In this document: positions 22,527-35,536 of the stretch, in pieces
How positions within the stretch are numbered: the first letter of the stretch is position 1
Layout: every line of letters starts with the position of its first letter
Source: Aggregatilineales bacterium
GTDB lineage: Bacteria > Chloroflexota > Anaerolineae > Aggregatilineales > Phototrophicaceae
Assembly (NCBI GenBank): GCA_046719065.1
Contig: JBDNDP010000015.1
Location: 9,616-73,615 of the forward strand
Length of the DNA: 64,000 bases
Direction of reading: 5' to 3'
Program-made: the position numbers and the translations under genes
The notes under the pieces: model-generated
What the model was told of the DNA's origin: nothing
The model's input: the letters and a program-made list of their open reading frames with translations, nothing else
Databases searched by the model: none

Positions 22527-23459
22527 ATGCCGGCACCTTATGTCTGGAAAAATGGTGAATTCATCGCGTGGGAAGCAGCGACAGTGCATGTCACCGCGCA
22601 TGCACTGCATTATGGTTCGAGCGTGTTTGAAGGCATTCGGGCTTACGCCACCCCGGCCGGCCCTGCGGTTTTTCGGCTGGGGCCGCACATACAGCGGCTG
22701 CTGAACTCGAGCAAAATTGCGCGCATCGATGTGCCATACAGTGAGGATGAACTAAACGAAGCGGTGCTTGAGACGATCCGCCGCAACGGTCATGAGGCCT
22801 GCTATGTTCGCCCGCTGGTGATGCGTGGGGCAGGCCCGCTGGGCGTCGAAGGTCGGAAGAACCCGACCGATGTGTTTATTCTGACTATGGAATGGGGACG
22901 CTATCTCGGCCCAGAGGCGATCGAGCACGGCGTGGATGTTCAGGTCAGCTCATGGCGGCGCATCGCCCCCGATACATTCGCCTCACTGGCTAAGATCGGC
23001 GGCCAATACGTTAACAGCCAGTTTATCTCGATGGAGGCGCACGATAACGGCTTTCATGAAGGAATTGCGCTCGATATTAACGGCTTAGTCAGCGAAGGCG
23101 CCGGAGAAAATATCTTCGTTATTTATCGCGGGGAGGTCTATACCCCTAGCATCAGCTCGTCGATCTTGATGGGCATCACGCGCGATTGTGCACTGACGAT
23201 CTTACGCGATCTGGGCTATGTTGTGCATTTTGAGCCAATTCCGCGCGAGATGCTTTATATTGCTGATGAGATCTTTTTCACGGGCACTGCCGCAGAGATC
23301 ACGCCTGTGCGCTCGGTTGACCGGATCGCCATTGGCACTGGCACGCGCGGTCCGGTCACGAAGGCAGTGCAAGATGAATTCTTTGCAATCACTTCAGGAC
23401 AAAAACCAGATCTTTATGGCTGGCTAACGCCAGTCCGCCAGACCGAGCCGGGCAGTTAG
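22527..23459 (+). CDS. ilvE: Branched-chain amino acid aminotransferase
   Basis: HALHYGSSVFEGIRAY, SEGAGEN, GITR, TGTAAE; AAGGAG RBS before ATG 22527. Confidence 0.96.
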   Translation: MPAPYVWKNGEFIAWEAATVHVTAHALHYGSSVFEGIRAYATPAGPAVFRLGPHIQRLLNSSKIARIDVPYSEDELNEAVLETIRRNGHEACYVRPLVMRGAGPLGVEGRKNPTDVFILTMEWGRYLGPEAIEHGVDVQVSSWRRIAPDTFASLAKIGGQYVNSQFISMEAHDNGFHEGIALDINGLVSEGAGENIFVIYRGEVYTPSISSSILMGITRDCALTILRDLGYVVHFEPIPREMLYIADEIFFTGTAAEITPVRSVDRIAIGTGTRGPVTKAVQDEFFAITSGQKPDLYGWLTPVRQTEPGS

Positions 23460-23494
23460 TCGATGGAGTGCACGCTAAACAAGGGAGAAAGACT

Positions 23495-25201
23495 ATGCGT
23501 TTGAATGGTGCTGAGATCGTCATGGAGTGCTTGCTGCGCGAGGGGGTGGATATCGTCTTCGGTTATCCTGGCGGCGCGATTTTGCCCACCTACGACGCGA
23601 TGACCAAATATCCGCAAATTCATCACGTTCTTGTACGTCATGAGCAAGGCGCCTGCCACATGGCCGATGGTTATGCCCGGGCGACCGGCCGTGTCGGCGT
23701 GGCGATCGCCACCAGCGGACCAGGGGCGACCAATCTGGTTACTGGAATTGCCACCGCCATGATGGACTCGTCGCCGATCGTCTGCATCACTGGTCAAGTG
23801 CCGCGCGGTGCTATCGGCAGCGATGCTTTTCAAGAAACAGATGTGACGGGTGTAACCCTGCCGATCACGAAGCATAACTATCTCGTGATGGATGTGCATG
23901 AGCTGCCCTATATCATTCGAGAGGCGTTTTACATCGCGCGCAGCGGTCGGCCCGGCCCAGTCCTCATCGATATCCCGAAGGATGTGCAGACCGAGCAGAT
24001 CGAATTCATTTATCCCGAGGGGGAAATTCGCTTGCCCGGTTACCGACCGCCTCAAAAGGCGAGCGATGCTGACATCGAGGCTGCTCTTCAGTTGATCCAT
24101 GAAGCCGAGCGCCCTGTGATTCTGGCCGGGCATGGCATCATTATGAGCGGCGCAACCCATGAGCTTCGTGAGCTGGCCGAACGCGCGCAGATTCCCGTGG
24201 CGCTCACCTTGCTGGGCAAGGGGGCAATGCCCGAAAATCATCCGCTTACAATCGGAATGATGGGAATGCACGGGGAAGCCGCTTCGAACTACGCCATTCA
24301 AGAAGCTGACCTGCTTATTGCGCTGGGCATGCGTTTCGATGACCGCGTGACGGGCAACCTCAAGACTTATGCCCCCAAAGCGCGTAAGATCCACGTCGAC
24401 ATTGATCAGTCTGAGATCAATAAGAACGTCCGTGTTGATGTCGGCATCGTTGGCGATGTGCGCACCGTGATCTCACAGCTTCTGCCCGGCGTTCAGCCCA
24501 TGCAGCATGCGGCATGGCTCAACCGGATCCGTGACTGGCACGAAGACTCCGATGAGCGCGATATCATCAACCGCGACAGCAACGGTGTGCTGCTGGGGGC
24601 GCAAGTAATCAATGACCTGTGGAAATACACCGGCGGCGAAGCCATCACGGTGACCGATGTGGGCCAGCACCAGATGCTTGAAGCGCAGTATTACCCACAT
24701 CAGCGCCCAGCGACGATGATTACCAGCGGTGGGCTTGGCACCATGGGCTTTGGTCTACCCGCAGCGATTGGCGCGAAGTTTGGCCGTCCCGATGAAGAGG
24801 TGTGGGCGATCGTCGGCGATGGTGGTTTCCAGATGACCTTGTGCGAATTAGCTACAGCAGTGCAAGAAAACGTCAACATCAATATCGCTATCATCAACAA
24901 CAACTTCCTCGGCATGGTGCGCCAGTGGCAGGAATTTTTCTATGAAGAGCGCTACCAGTCGACGCCGATGTTCAATCCTGACTTTGTCAAACTGGCCGAA
25001 GCCTACGGTATTCCGGCCATGCGCGTAACCCAGCGCGAGCAAATTGAAGAGTCGGTTCGGTTTGCGCGCAGCATCAACGGGCCGACCTTGATCGAGTATA
25101 TGGTGGAGAAGGAAGAAATTGTTTACCCGATGGTTCCGGCAGGGGCAGATCTGGATAAGATGCTGCGCCGCCCGAAACCCGGTGAGGAGAACATCTCATG
25201 A
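23495..25201 (+). CDS. ilvB: Acetolactate synthase large subunit
   Basis: FGYPGGA, RHEQ, TSGPGATN, GDGGFQM, GMVRQWQ. Confidence 0.97.
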   Translation: MRLNGAEIVMECLLREGVDIVFGYPGGAILPTYDAMTKYPQIHHVLVRHEQGACHMADGYARATGRVGVAIATSGPGATNLVTGIATAMMDSSPIVCITGQVPRGAIGSDAFQETDVTGVTLPITKHNYLVMDVHELPYIIREAFYIARSGRPGPVLIDIPKDVQTEQIEFIYPEGEIRLPGYRPPQKASDADIEAALQLIHEAERPVILAGHGIIMSGATHELRELAERAQIPVALTLLGKGAMPENHPLTIGMMGMHGEAASNYAIQEADLLIALGMRFDDRVTGNLKTYAPKARKIHVDIDQSEINKNVRVDVGIVGDVRTVISQLLPGVQPMQHAAWLNRIRDWHEDSDERDIINRDSNGVLLGAQVINDLWKYTGGEAITVTDVGQHQMLEAQYYPHQRPATMITSGGLGTMGFGLPAAIGAKFGRPDEEVWAIVGDGGFQMTLCELATAVQENVNINIAIINNNFLGMVRQWQEFFYEERYQSTPMFNPDFVKLAEAYGIPAMRVTQREQIEESVRFARSINGPTLIEYMVEKEEIVYPMVPAGADLDKMLRRPKPGEENIS

Positions 25202-25824
25202 CGAAGGTCAATCAAATGGCTGAGCAAACGCAGCCTGCAGAGGCAGCGTCAAACGGAAAACCGAAGAAGCATATTTTGGTGGCGCTGGTCGAAAATAAAC
25301 CCGGCGTCCTAAACCGGGTCGCTAGTTTGTTTCGGCGCCGCAATTTCAACGTCGATAGCTTGACTGTAGGACGTACCCATCGCCCTTACATTTCAAGGAT
25401 GACGATTGGGGTTGATGCCAGCCGCACCGATGCTCATCGAATTGTATCGAACTTGTTCAAGTTGATCAACGTCATCGATGTCTCCATCGTCTCGCAAGAA
25501 CCTTACGTCAGCCGCGATCTAGCGCTTATCAAGGTGCGCGCTAACGATGCGGAATCGCGCAATACTATCACGATGCTGTGTGACCGCTATCCTGCCCGCA
25601 TCGTTGATATTGGCCCAGAAGTGGCCATCATCGAGATCGCTGCGCAAGAAGATCAGGTCGAATCCTTGATCCAAGAAGTGGAACCGTTGGGCATCGTTGA
25701 GCTTGTGCGTACTGGCGTAGTCGCGATGGGGCGCGGCGTGCGCATCCTCGACTCCAACTACGAGCCCGTCATACCGGTAACGGTATCAAGCGATCGTCAG
25801 TCGTATCAGGTTTATGGCGTTTAG
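25198..25824 (+). CDS. ilvN: Acetolactate synthase small (regulatory) subunit
   Basis: ENKPGVLNRVASLFRRRNFN ACT domain, ELVRTG. Confidence 0.95.
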   Translation: MTKVNQMAEQTQPAEAASNGKPKKHILVALVENKPGVLNRVASLFRRRNFNVDSLTVGRTHRPYISRMTIGVDASRTDAHRIVSNLFKLINVIDVSIVSQEPYVSRDLALIKVRANDAESRNTITMLCDRYPARIVDIGPEVAIIEIAAQEDQVESLIQEVEPLGIVELVRTGVVAMGRGVRILDSNYEPVIPVTVSSDRQSYQVYGV

Positions 25825-25827
25825 ATG

Positions 25828-25866
25828 AGTGCGCCGTTCGCTCTTTCGATAAGTGAACGGCGCACT
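25828..25866 (+). other. Intra-operon stem-loop between ilvN and ilvC
   Basis: AGTGCGCCGTTCGCT / AGTGAACGGCGCACT, 15-bp stem with one G-U pair and only a short U run. Confidence 0.65.
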
Positions 25867-25924
25867 TTACAGCAGTTTATTTTCCGGGGAGATGGCTCCC
25901 CTCTGCAATGGAGATTAAGACGTA

Positions 25925-26932
<1,008 letters not shown>

Positions 26933-27040
26933 AACATGCAGCAAGTGAGGTGTTATCGGAAGGGGGTGATCCTGTGACCGAAGATGGCCTTAGCGATCTC
27001 ATAGGTGCAGGCAGTTTGAGTCTGAAAGGATTGTCCCAAT

Positions 27041-28645
27041 ATGAGCCGCCCTGTAAACGATAATGTCGTCCTGTTTTTTGATACGACCCTGCGCGATGGT
27101 GAACAAAGCCCGGGCGCCACGTTAAGCAGCGCAGAGAAGCTCGAGATCGCACGTCAGCTCGCACACTTGGGTGTGGATATCATCGAAGCTGGTTTTCCCG
27201 CCGCTTCTCCAGATGATCTGGCGGCAGTACAGCGCATTGCGCAAGAAGTAGGCACGGCCGATGGCCCCACGATCTGCGGGCTGGCGCGCGCGGTTGAGAA
27301 AGATATCCTCATTTGCTGGGATGGTGTAAAAGATGCTGCTAAGCCGCGCATTCACACTTTCCTCGGCACTTCAGATATCCACTTGCAGTATCAAACTGGG
27401 CTAACGCGTGCGGAGGCGCTGGAAAGGATACGCAAGTCCGTGGCATTGGCGCGCAGTCTGTGCGATGATGTCGAATTCAGCCCGATGGATGCAGGCCGCA
27501 CAGACCCTGCATTTTTGGTGGAAGTTTGTGCGGCGGCCGTCGAGAGCGGCGCAACTACCCTCAATATTCCTGATACAGTTGGCTATGTCACCCCGCAGGA
27601 GTGGGGTGAGCTGATCGCTAACCTCATTGCGGAGACGCCAGGGGCCGGCCCGGGCAGTGGCATCGTCTGGTCGGTGCACTGTCACAACGATCTCGGCCTA
27701 GCGACCGCCAATACACTGGCCGGTGTGCTCGCTGGGGCGCGCCAAGTCGAGGTAACGATCAACGGCATCGGCGAGCGGGCGGGCAATACCAGCCTCGAAG
27801 AAGTGGCGATGGCGCTGGCTACGCGGCCGCAGTTCTTCGGTTTGACGACCAATATCAACACGCGCGAAATTGTCAAAACCAGCCGCATGGTGAGCAATTA
27901 CACCGGCATTCATGTTCAGCCAAATAAAGCAATTGTCGGCAGCAACGCATTTGCTCATGAGGCTGGCATTCATCAGGATGGCATGTTGAAGCACGCCAGT
28001 ACCTACGAAATCATGACGCCGGAAAGCGTCGGCTGGTCGCAAAGCCGCTTAGTGCTCGGCAAACACAGCGGCCGGCATGCGCTGAAAGTGCGCCTGCAAG
28101 AGTTGGGCTACGAGCTGGATAATGAGGCTCTCAATCAAGTATTCACGCGCTTCAAGGTGCTTGCCGATGCCAAAAAGAACGTCACCGATGCCGACCTTGA
28201 GGCCTTGATGACCGATGAGCTGCACAAGCCGCAAGAGTATTTCAAGCTCAAGGATATTCAGGTTATGTGTGGGACGATGGGCATGCCGACGGCTACAGCC
28301 CGTCTTGTCAATGCCGATGGCCACGAATTCGTGCAAGCAGCGGTCGGCACTGGCCCGGTTGACGCGAGCTTCCGTGCGATCGATGCTATTGTGCGGCTTC
28401 CCAACACCTTGATCGAGTACAGTGTTCACAGCGTCACTGAAGGGATCGATGCATTAGGTGAAGTGACTGTGCGCATCGAAGCCCCTGAAAGCGCGCGTTC
28501 GTTTGGAGGATATGGCGCTGACAGCGACATTATTGTCGCTAGTGTTAAAGCATATCTGGCTGCGCTTAACCGGATGATCGCCGGAATGGGCCTCGGCCAG
28601 CACAAGCCGGAGGGCGAAGCGGCAACGGTTGAGCTGGAACGTTAG
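27041..28645 (+). CDS. leuA: 2-isopropylmalate synthase
   Basis: [32 protein letters not shown]-terminal regulatory domain. Confidence 0.96.
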   Translation: MSRPVNDNVVLFFDTTLRDGEQSPGATLSSAEKLEIARQLAHLGVDIIEAGFPAASPDDLAAVQRIAQEVGTADGPTICGLARAVEKDILICWDGVKDAAKPRIHTFLGTSDIHLQYQTGLTRAEALERIRKSVALARSLCDDVEFSPMDAGRTDPAFLVEVCAAAVESGATTLNIPDTVGYVTPQEWGELIANLIAETPGAGPGSGIVWSVHCHNDLGLATANTLAGVLAGARQVEVTINGIGERAGNTSLEEVAMALATRPQFFGLTTNINTREIVKTSRMVSNYTGIHVQPNKAIVGSNAFAHEAGIHQDGMLKHASTYEIMTPESVGWSQSRLVLGKHSGRHALKVRLQELGYELDNEALNQVFTRFKVLADAKKNVTDADLEALMTDELHKPQEYFKLKDIQVMCGTMGMPTATARLVNADGHEFVQAAVGTGPVDASFRAIDAIVRLPNTLIEYSVHSVTEGIDALGEVTVRIEAPESARSFGGYGADSDIIVASVKAYLAALNRMIAGMGLGQHKPEGEAATVELER

Positions 28646-28712
28646 TGAAGCGGCAGGGTCGAACAATGCAGCACAGTAGGCCTGCGCGACCTGCGAATTG
28701 AGGAATGGATCA

Positions 28713-30161
28713 ATGAGTGAAGGAACCCCTAAAACGCTGTTTGAGAAGGTTTGGGATCAACATCTCGTGCGGCCACAGACGGATGATCTGCCGGCGGTGC
28801 TCTATATTGATCTGCATTTAGTGCATGAAGTAACGTCCCCGCAGGCGTTTACTCAGCTCCGTGAGCGTGGTCTGAAGGTTCGCCGGCCCGACAAAACGCT
28901 TGGCACTATGGATCACAGCACGCCAACGACGCCGCGTAACGACCTCGGCATCATCCCGGTCATGGATGCGCAGGCCGCGGCTCAGCTCGATGTGATGCGC
29001 AAGAACTGCGCCGATTTCGGCATCCCCCTGTTTGACCTTGGCACCGAGAATCAGGGCATTGTCCATGTGATCGGACCGGAGCAGGGGTTGACGCAGCCGG
29101 GCATGACTATCGTTTGCGGAGACAGCCATACCAGCACCCATGGGGCCTTTGGTGCGCTCGCTTTCGGCATCGGCACCAGCGAAGTCGCGCATGTTTTGGC
29201 TACTCAGTGTCTGCTGCAAAATAAACCGCGAACGATGGCTGTGCGGGTCGATGGACGCCTGAGACCCGGCGTGACCGCGAAAGACATCATCCTTGCCATC
29301 ATCGCTAAGATCGGCGTTGGCGGGGGCACGGGCTACGTGTTTGAGTACATGGGCGAAGCGATCCGCAGCCTGAACATGGAAGGCCGTATGACGATCTGTA
29401 ACATGTCGATCGAGGGTGGCGCGCGCGCGGGCATGATCGCGCCTGATGATACGACCTTCGAGTATGTGGCCGGCCGGCCGCATGCGCCGAAAGGCGCAGA
29501 TTGGGAGCGTGCGCTGGCAGCATGGCGGCAGCTTCCCACAGATCCGGGTGCGCAGTTCGATAATGAAGTCGTGCTGAACGCCGACGAGCTGGTTCCCATG
29601 ATCACTTACGGCACCAACCCTGGCATGGGAATGCCGATCACTGGGCTCGTACCTGACCCAGATCGTCTTGCGGATGTGAGCCAGAAATTAGCGCTCGATA
29701 AGGCGCTAACTTACATGGGGCTGCAGCCTAACGAACCGCTGCTCGGCAAGCCAGTTGATGTGGTCTTTATCGGAAGCTGCACCAACTCGCGCATCTCCGA
29801 CTTGCGCGAGGCGGCCAAGTTCATCAAAGGGCGCCGCGTCGCCGAAAATGTCCGCCTTATGGTTGTGCCGGGGTCTCAGCAGGTCAAACGTCAGGCGGAG
29901 GCAGAAGGCTTAGATCGCATCTTTAGAGAAGCTGGCGCCGAATGGCGAGAGGCGGGCTGCTCGATGTGCATCGCCATGAACGGCGATCAACTCCAGCCCG
30001 GTCAGTATGCAGTTAGTACTAGCAACCGCAACTTTGAAGGCCGGCAGGGCAAAGGCGGACGCACCTTCCTCGCCAGTCCGCTCACTGCCGCTGCCACTGC
30101 CGTGCGCGGCGTGATCACCGACCCGCGCGAACTGCTCGGCGTACAGGAGGTTGTCAGCTAA
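28713..30161 (+). CDS. leuC: 3-isopropylmalate dehydratase large subunit
   Basis: [36 protein letters not shown]. Confidence 0.98.
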   Translation: MSEGTPKTLFEKVWDQHLVRPQTDDLPAVLYIDLHLVHEVTSPQAFTQLRERGLKVRRPDKTLGTMDHSTPTTPRNDLGIIPVMDAQAAAQLDVMRKNCADFGIPLFDLGTENQGIVHVIGPEQGLTQPGMTIVCGDSHTSTHGAFGALAFGIGTSEVAHVLATQCLLQNKPRTMAVRVDGRLRPGVTAKDIILAIIAKIGVGGGTGYVFEYMGEAIRSLNMEGRMTICNMSIEGGARAGMIAPDDTTFEYVAGRPHAPKGADWERALAAWRQLPTDPGAQFDNEVVLNADELVPMITYGTNPGMGMPITGLVPDPDRLADVSQKLALDKALTYMGLQPNEPLLGKPVDVVFIGSCTNSRISDLREAAKFIKGRRVAENVRLMVVPGSQQVKRQAEAEGLDRIFREAGAEWREAGCSMCIAMNGDQLQPGQYAVSTSNRNFEGRQGKGGRTFLASPLTAAATAVRGVITDPRELLGVQEVVS

Positions 30162-30779
30162 ATGGAACCGATCAAGACGTTCAAAGGCCGCATCGTCGCC
30201 CTACCTATCAACGACATTGACACCGATCAGATCATTCCTGCTCGCTATCTCAAGGTGACCGATAAAGCGGGTTTAGGTCAAGCGCTGTTTTCCGATTGGC
30301 GCTATAACAGCGATGGGTCGCTAAAGGCCGATTTCGTGCTCAACCAACCGCAGTATCAGGGCGCAAGTGTGCTCGTCGCCGGAAACAACTTCGGCTGTGG
30401 CAGCTCGCGCGAGCATGCGCCGTGGGCGCTGATCGGGGCAGGTTTTAGGGCGGTGATTAGCACCTATTTCGCTGATATCTTCCGCAACAATGCGCTGAAA
30501 AATGGCCTGCTGCCGATCATCGTCGATGCCGACACCCATCAACAGCTTCTCTCGTTGGCCGAAGAAGACCCGACCACGGAAGTGACGATCGATCTTGAAG
30601 CACAAACGATCACACTTCCAGATGGGCGATCTGTGCGCTTTCCGATCGATGGGTTTTCCAAACACTGTCTGCTTAACGGCGTCGATCAATTAGGATACTT
30701 GCTTGGCCTTGAAACGGCAATCAGCGCTTATGAAGCGTCGCATCCCGCACGCGTTCATACGACTGCGCTACAGAATTGA
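30162..30779 (+). CDS. leuD: 3-isopropylmalate dehydratase small subunit
   Basis: DTDQIIPA and [14 protein letters not shown]. Confidence 0.98.
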   Translation: MEPIKTFKGRIVALPINDIDTDQIIPARYLKVTDKAGLGQALFSDWRYNSDGSLKADFVLNQPQYQGASVLVAGNNFGCGSSREHAPWALIGAGFRAVISTYFADIFRNNALKNGLLPIIVDADTHQQLLSLAEEDPTTEVTIDLEAQTITLPDGRSVRFPIDGFSKHCLLNGVDQLGYLLGLETAISAYEASHPARVHTTALQN

Positions 30780-30788
30780 GGGGGATTG

Positions 30789-32384
30789 ATGCGAGTCGCC
30801 ATCTACGATACCACACTGCGCGATGGCACACAGCGAGAGAATATCTCGCTTTCGTTGGTTGATAAACTACGTGTGACCGAGCTGCTCGATAATCTCGGCG
30901 TCGCATATATCGAGGGGGGCTGGCCCGGTTCTAACCCGAAAGACGCGGCCTATTTTGAGGCGGTTAAGGGGTTGTCGCTCAAACATGCGAAGATCGCGGC
31001 GTTTGGCTCGACTTGCCGCAAAGGTTCCGATCCAGCAGATGACGCCAATATCAAAGCGTTGGTCGATGCGGATACGCCTGTGGTGACCGTCGTCGGCAAG
31101 ACTTCAATGCTGCACGTGACCGATGTTCTGCAAACCACGCCAGATGAAAACCTGCGCATGATTCGCGAAAGCCTGCGCTATCTTAAGGCCCTCGGCAAAG
31201 AAGTGATTTATGATGCCGAGCACTTTTTCGATGGCCTTAAGCTCGATCAGGAATATGCCTTTGATACGCTGCGCGCTGCCATCGAGGGCGGTGCCGACTG
31301 CATCGTGCTTTGCGACACCAACGGCGGGTCGCTTCCGTGGGAGATCGCCAGTTATGTGCGTCAGGTCGCTGACACTTTTCCCCAGATGCCGCTTGGAATT
31401 CACACGCATAATGACAGCGAGCTGGCTGTCGCTAATACGCTGGTGGCAGTGCAGGCTGGCGTCGTTCATGTGCAGGGAACGATCAACGGCTACGGAGAAC
31501 GCTGTGGCAATGCAAATCTATGCAGCATTATTCCGGATCTTGAATTAAAGATGGGCTGTCGCTGCCTGCCAGATGGCACGCTGCGCCAGCTCACGATGGT
31601 ATCGCGTGCTGTGGCCGAGATCGCCAACTTGGCGCCCGATAACCATCTTGCCTATGTGGGCAAGAGCGCCTTCGCTCATAAAGGCGGAATTCACGTCGCT
31701 GCCATTCGTCGCAACGTTAACAGCTACCAGCACATCGATCCTGCCTTAGTCGGAAATGAGATGCGCGTGCTCGTCTCGGATCTTTCGGGGCAGGGCAACC
31801 TATTGAGCAAAGCTGAAGAGTTCCGGCTGGACGTTGGACGCGCGGAAGCGGTGCAGGTGCTCGATGAGATCAAACGTTTAGAACACGAGGGCTATGTGTT
31901 TGAAGGGGCAGAGGCATCCGTTGCTGTGCGCCTGCATCGCGCTAAACCGGGCTATAAGCCCATCTTCACTTTGATCGACTTCACCGCGATTGTTGAAGAT
32001 CGGCGCGGTCGCGGCGCGATCGCCGAGGCCACCGTCAAGCTCGATCTGGATGGCGATATCGTCCACACTGCGGCCGAGGGCAACGGTCCAGTTAATGCCC
32101 TTGATTTAGCTTTGCGCAAAGCCCTCATGCCGCGCTACCCGCAGATCGCCGAATTCCAGCTCGTCGATTACAAAGTGCGTATTCTCGATGGCGCCAATGG
32201 CACGGCGGCAACCACCCGCGTCTTGATCGACACGCAGAGCGGCCCGCATCGCTGGAGCACAGTGGGTGCAGGCGAAAACATCATTCGCGCGAGCTGGCTG
32301 GCCTTGGTCGATAGTATTGAATATGGCTTAACGCTGCTCGAAACAACGAAGACACAAACGGCGCTGGAGAGTTCGACCGATTGA
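30789..32384 (+). CDS. cimA: Citramalate synthase (bacterial CimA type)
   Basis: [45 protein letters not shown]. Confidence 0.9.
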   Translation: MRVAIYDTTLRDGTQRENISLSLVDKLRVTELLDNLGVAYIEGGWPGSNPKDAAYFEAVKGLSLKHAKIAAFGSTCRKGSDPADDANIKALVDADTPVVTVVGKTSMLHVTDVLQTTPDENLRMIRESLRYLKALGKEVIYDAEHFFDGLKLDQEYAFDTLRAAIEGGADCIVLCDTNGGSLPWEIASYVRQVADTFPQMPLGIHTHNDSELAVANTLVAVQAGVVHVQGTINGYGERCGNANLCSIIPDLELKMGCRCLPDGTLRQLTMVSRAVAEIANLAPDNHLAYVGKSAFAHKGGIHVAAIRRNVNSYQHIDPALVGNEMRVLVSDLSGQGNLLSKAEEFRLDVGRAEAVQVLDEIKRLEHEGYVFEGAEASVAVRLHRAKPGYKPIFTLIDFTAIVEDRRGRGAIAEATVKLDLDGDIVHTAAEGNGPVNALDLALRKALMPRYPQIAEFQLVDYKVRILDGANGTAATTRVLIDTQSGPHRWSTVGAGENIIRASWLALVDSIEYGLTLLETTKTQTALESSTD

Positions 32385-32494
32385 AGCGGCCATGCGCGGG
32401 TGGGTATCATAGCTCCCCAGCGCTGCTGATGAGGTTTCATGCTGAGCAGGGCTTTGGTCCTGCTCATTCTTTGATCCTACAAGGAGATTGCATC

Positions 32495-33574
32495 ATGACG
32501 AGCGGTAGAATCGCCGTGCTGCCCGGAGACGGTATTGGCCCAGAAGTGACGGCGGCAGCGATCGAAGTTTTGCAAGCCATCGGCACGAAATACAACCACA
32601 CCTTTACTTTCGAGGAGGGTTTAATCGGTGGCAGCGCCATCGATCAAACAGGAGAAGCTCTCCCTGCTGCTACGCTGCGTTTATGCGAGGGCAGCGATGC
32701 GATCTTGTTAGGTGCGGTCGGCGGTCCACAATGGGATGATCCAACAGCTCCCGTGCGGCCAGAGCAAGGGCTGCTGGGCATTCGCAAACACTTCGAGCTG
32801 TTCGCGAATTTGCGGCCCGTCAAGGCTTATCCATCGCTCGCCCAGCATACCCCCTTGCGCGCCGATCTGCTCGAGGGGGTCGATCTGCTTTTCGTCCGCG
32901 AATTGACTGGCGGCATTTACTTTGGCCCGCGTCAAGAACAAGGCGACGGGGATACTGCTTACGATACTGAACTCTATTCAACTGCCGAGGTTGAGCGTGT
33001 GGCGCATGTCGCGTTTCGAGCGGCGCAGGCCCGGCGCAAAAAGCTGACTTCGGTCGATAAAGCCAATGTTCTCGCCTCTATGCGTTTGTGGCGGCGCACT
33101 GTCGTGCAGGTTCACGAAGATTACAGCGATGTTGAGCTGGAGCATTTGCTGGTTGATGCGGCGACGATGCACTTGCTAACCCGGCCAGCAAGTTTTGATG
33201 TGATCGTTGCCAGCAACATGTTTGGCGATATCCTCAGCGATGAGGCTTCGGTGCTGGCTGGGTCGTTGGGTATGCTGCCCTCAGCCTCTCTGGCCTCGGG
33301 TACGATGGGCCTCTATGAACCTGTGCATGGCTCGGCTCCTGATATTGCTGGGCAAGGCAAGGCGAATCCGACCGGCGCAATCCTCAGCGCGGCGATGCTG
33401 CTACGCTATAGTTTCGGTCTTGAGCAGGAAGCAAAAGCCATTGAGAGCGCCGTTGAGCGGGCATTGGCCTCTGGCGCAGTCACTGCTGATATTGCGCCGC
33501 GCGGGGGCGCTTATCTCAGCACGGCGGAATTTTTGCAGGAAATTCTTGCCAATTTGCCGCTGCCGCGCCCTTGA
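32495..33574 (+). CDS. leuB: 3-isopropylmalate dehydrogenase
   Basis: [38 protein letters not shown]; AAGGAG RBS before ATG 32495. Confidence 0.97.
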   Translation: MTSGRIAVLPGDGIGPEVTAAAIEVLQAIGTKYNHTFTFEEGLIGGSAIDQTGEALPAATLRLCEGSDAILLGAVGGPQWDDPTAPVRPEQGLLGIRKHFELFANLRPVKAYPSLAQHTPLRADLLEGVDLLFVRELTGGIYFGPRQEQGDGDTAYDTELYSTAEVERVAHVAFRAAQARRKKLTSVDKANVLASMRLWRRTVVQVHEDYSDVELEHLLVDAATMHLLTRPASFDVIVASNMFGDILSDEASVLAGSLGMLPSASLASGTMGLYEPVHGSAPDIAGQGKANPTGAILSAAMLLRYSFGLEQEAKAIESAVERALASGAVTADIAPRGGAYLSTAEFLQEILANLPLPRP

Positions 33575-33607
33575 GAACGATAGAATGGGTGTTTTAATGT
33601 CAGCTCA

Positions 33608-35533
33608 TCAGGTTAGATCCGCGAGTTCTGTCTCATCGGAGGAGCGCGGCTGATTAGGACGGCTGGTCGATAGAGCCTCCGAAAACGCATAAGCCGCGAG
33701 CAGATACAGCGCTCGCCGCCCGCTGAGGGGCATCGTCTCCCATAGCAGCGCGCGCAGCCCGGCAAAAGCCAGCGCGGTGAAGTATTCATCCCATCCATCT
33801 GGGCGCGCGAGGCAGTTCTGGGCGATCTTCCGAACCGCTGCGACTGGGCGCAGCAGCTCAGCAATGGGTAGGGGCAGTAGTGCGGTCGTTTCTGGGGTGC
33901 GCAGCGCCGCAATCGCAGCGGCAATGCCGCGCGCAGCTTCCCATTCGTGGCCGAGCGTGGGCATCACGACATCGCTGATCAGACTGGCCTCTAGCGTCGC
34001 CCAGTCGAACAGCGTGTGGCCGCTGCGCGCATGGGCAAAATCGATCAGGAATGGAGTGAAGTTGGGGCCAAGCAGAATGTTGCCGAGATGCAGATCGCCA
34101 TGGATCTTGCTGAGAGAACCGTTAAGCGATCGATCGAGCAATGCGTCGTAGGCAAACAGCGGATTGGGCAGGCGCTCAAACGGGCCGAATCCTCGCATCA
34201 TGGCCCCGCTTGTGTCGAAATCCGGTTGTAGCGCGCTAAGAGCGTGATAGAGCGTATCGCTGCGCGTGTGCCAAACGCGGCCCAGCAGCCGTTCGATCAC
34301 TTCACCGCGATAATGAGCATTTTCTTTCAATTTAAGCCCGGTTACCTCGATCTTATTCGCGCGATGCATCGCTTCGGCGCCTTTGCCGAGAACGAGCGTC
34401 ATCGCTTCACGCTCAGGGTCGATGCGGTGTACGGTAAAGTTTTCCACAGCTACGATTTCGCCCAGCTCAAGTTCGTGAAGCAGCGAGCGGCGCACCGGGT
34501 CTTTAACGATAAAACTTGGTTCTCCTTCAACCGTGTTCGGCAGCAGCTCTAGCGTGAGCAGCGGCGGCAGCAGCCAGTCATACTCAGCCCATACTGGAAA
34601 ACGGTATGGCTGGCGCTGCTGCCACCATGCTTTGCCAAAGTTTGGGTAAAGCTGTGTTTCTAACCACTCACTTAAGGTGCGAGGTCCTAGTTCGGCAGCC
34701 GCGCTGCGCAAATTGCGCTCGACCCCATGCTGTGGCGCGACGAAGGTATACTTAACGCCCGCCAGGGACGATGTCTCTGCCGTCGTCGGCTTGTCTTCTA
34801 GCCGGGCAGTGAGCGGAGGAAGCGAATGTTTGACGTGCGCTTCATAGCGCTGCGCTTCGTCTAGAATCCGGTCAGCTTGATCGATTTTAACGACAACACT
34901 AGCATCTTCGGTGCCATCGCTGTTGATCGGCGTGACCAGCAGCAGCAGCGCATGGGTGTAGCCGCCGGTCAAGCGCCGCTCAACGCGCACCCGTTCATAG
35001 CCATAAAACATGCGCCGAAGGATCACGAGCTGATCTTCGGTCGGCAGCGCGGTCATTTCGAATTGCAAGGCAAAATCCACGTGAAGGTAAGGTTGATGGC
35101 GGCCTGAATGAGGACGCCCTGCTTGAGTTTGTTCGGCTAATTTGACCGTATCAATGCCAAGTCGGCGCAAGACGCGTATCGGAATGCTGTCATTTTCCTC
35201 GACGATCGCCCTAAGCAGCGCGCGTTCGTCGATCTCCGTGCGTCCTGCTTCAAGAGCAATGTCATTGGCGATGCTCAGAACCATATTGGTCCGCGGTGTG
35301 TTTGGCAGACCTGCCCACAATCGCTGGAGCGTCCCTTTGCCTGTGTAGCGTCGAATTGAGTCGATGACGTACTGCGTTGTCAAACCATGCTCTTCGATCA
35401 AAGCGCTGGTCAGCCCACCAGGAATGCCCAGCAGGCCGATGAACAAATGCTCCACGCCGAGGAAATAGTGCTGCATTCGGAACGACTCTTGACGGGCTTT
35501 GATCTGAATATCCTTCAAAACGATATCCGTCAT
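33608..35533 (-). CDS. Clp N-terminal (repeat) domain fused to an APH/protein-kinase-like phosphotransferase
   Basis: N-terminal ARQES..HYFLGVEHLFIGLL..TPRT..LLRAI; kinase-like LTGGY, VVKID..DE, IHGDLHLGNIL, LIDFA. Confidence 0.75.
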   Translation of the reverse strand: MTDIVLKDIQIKARQESFRMQHYFLGVEHLFIGLLGIPGGLTSALIEEHGLTTQYVIDSIRRYTGKGTLQRLWAGLPNTPRTNMVLSIANDIALEAGRTEIDERALLRAIVEENDSIPIRVLRRLGIDTVKLAEQTQAGRPHSGRHQPYLHVDFALQFEMTALPTEDQLVILRRMFYGYERVRVERRLTGGYTHALLLLVTPINSDGTEDASVVVKIDQADRILDEAQRYEAHVKHSLPPLTARLEDKPTTAETSSLAGVKYTFVAPQHGVERNLRSAAAELGPRTLSEWLETQLYPNFGKAWWQQRQPYRFPVWAEYDWLLPPLLTLELLPNTVEGEPSFIVKDPVRRSLLHELELGEIVAVENFTVHRIDPEREAMTLVLGKGAEAMHRANKIEVTGLKLKENAHYRGEVIERLLGRVWHTRSDTLYHALSALQPDFDTSGAMMRGFGPFERLPNPLFAYDALLDRSLNGSLSKIHGDLHLGNILLGPNFTPFLIDFAHARSGHTLFDWATLEASLISDVVMPTLGHEWEAARGIAAAIAALRTPETTALLPLPIAELLRPVAAVRKIAQNCLARPDGWDEYFTALAFAGLRALLWETMPLSGRRALYLLAAYAFSEALSTSRPNQPRSSDETELADLT

Positions 35534-35536
35534 CGT

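Noticed and set aside
26933-27040. Separate leu leader peptide before leuA
   Set aside because: Only tiny ORFs without Leu runs, and no U-tailed terminator.
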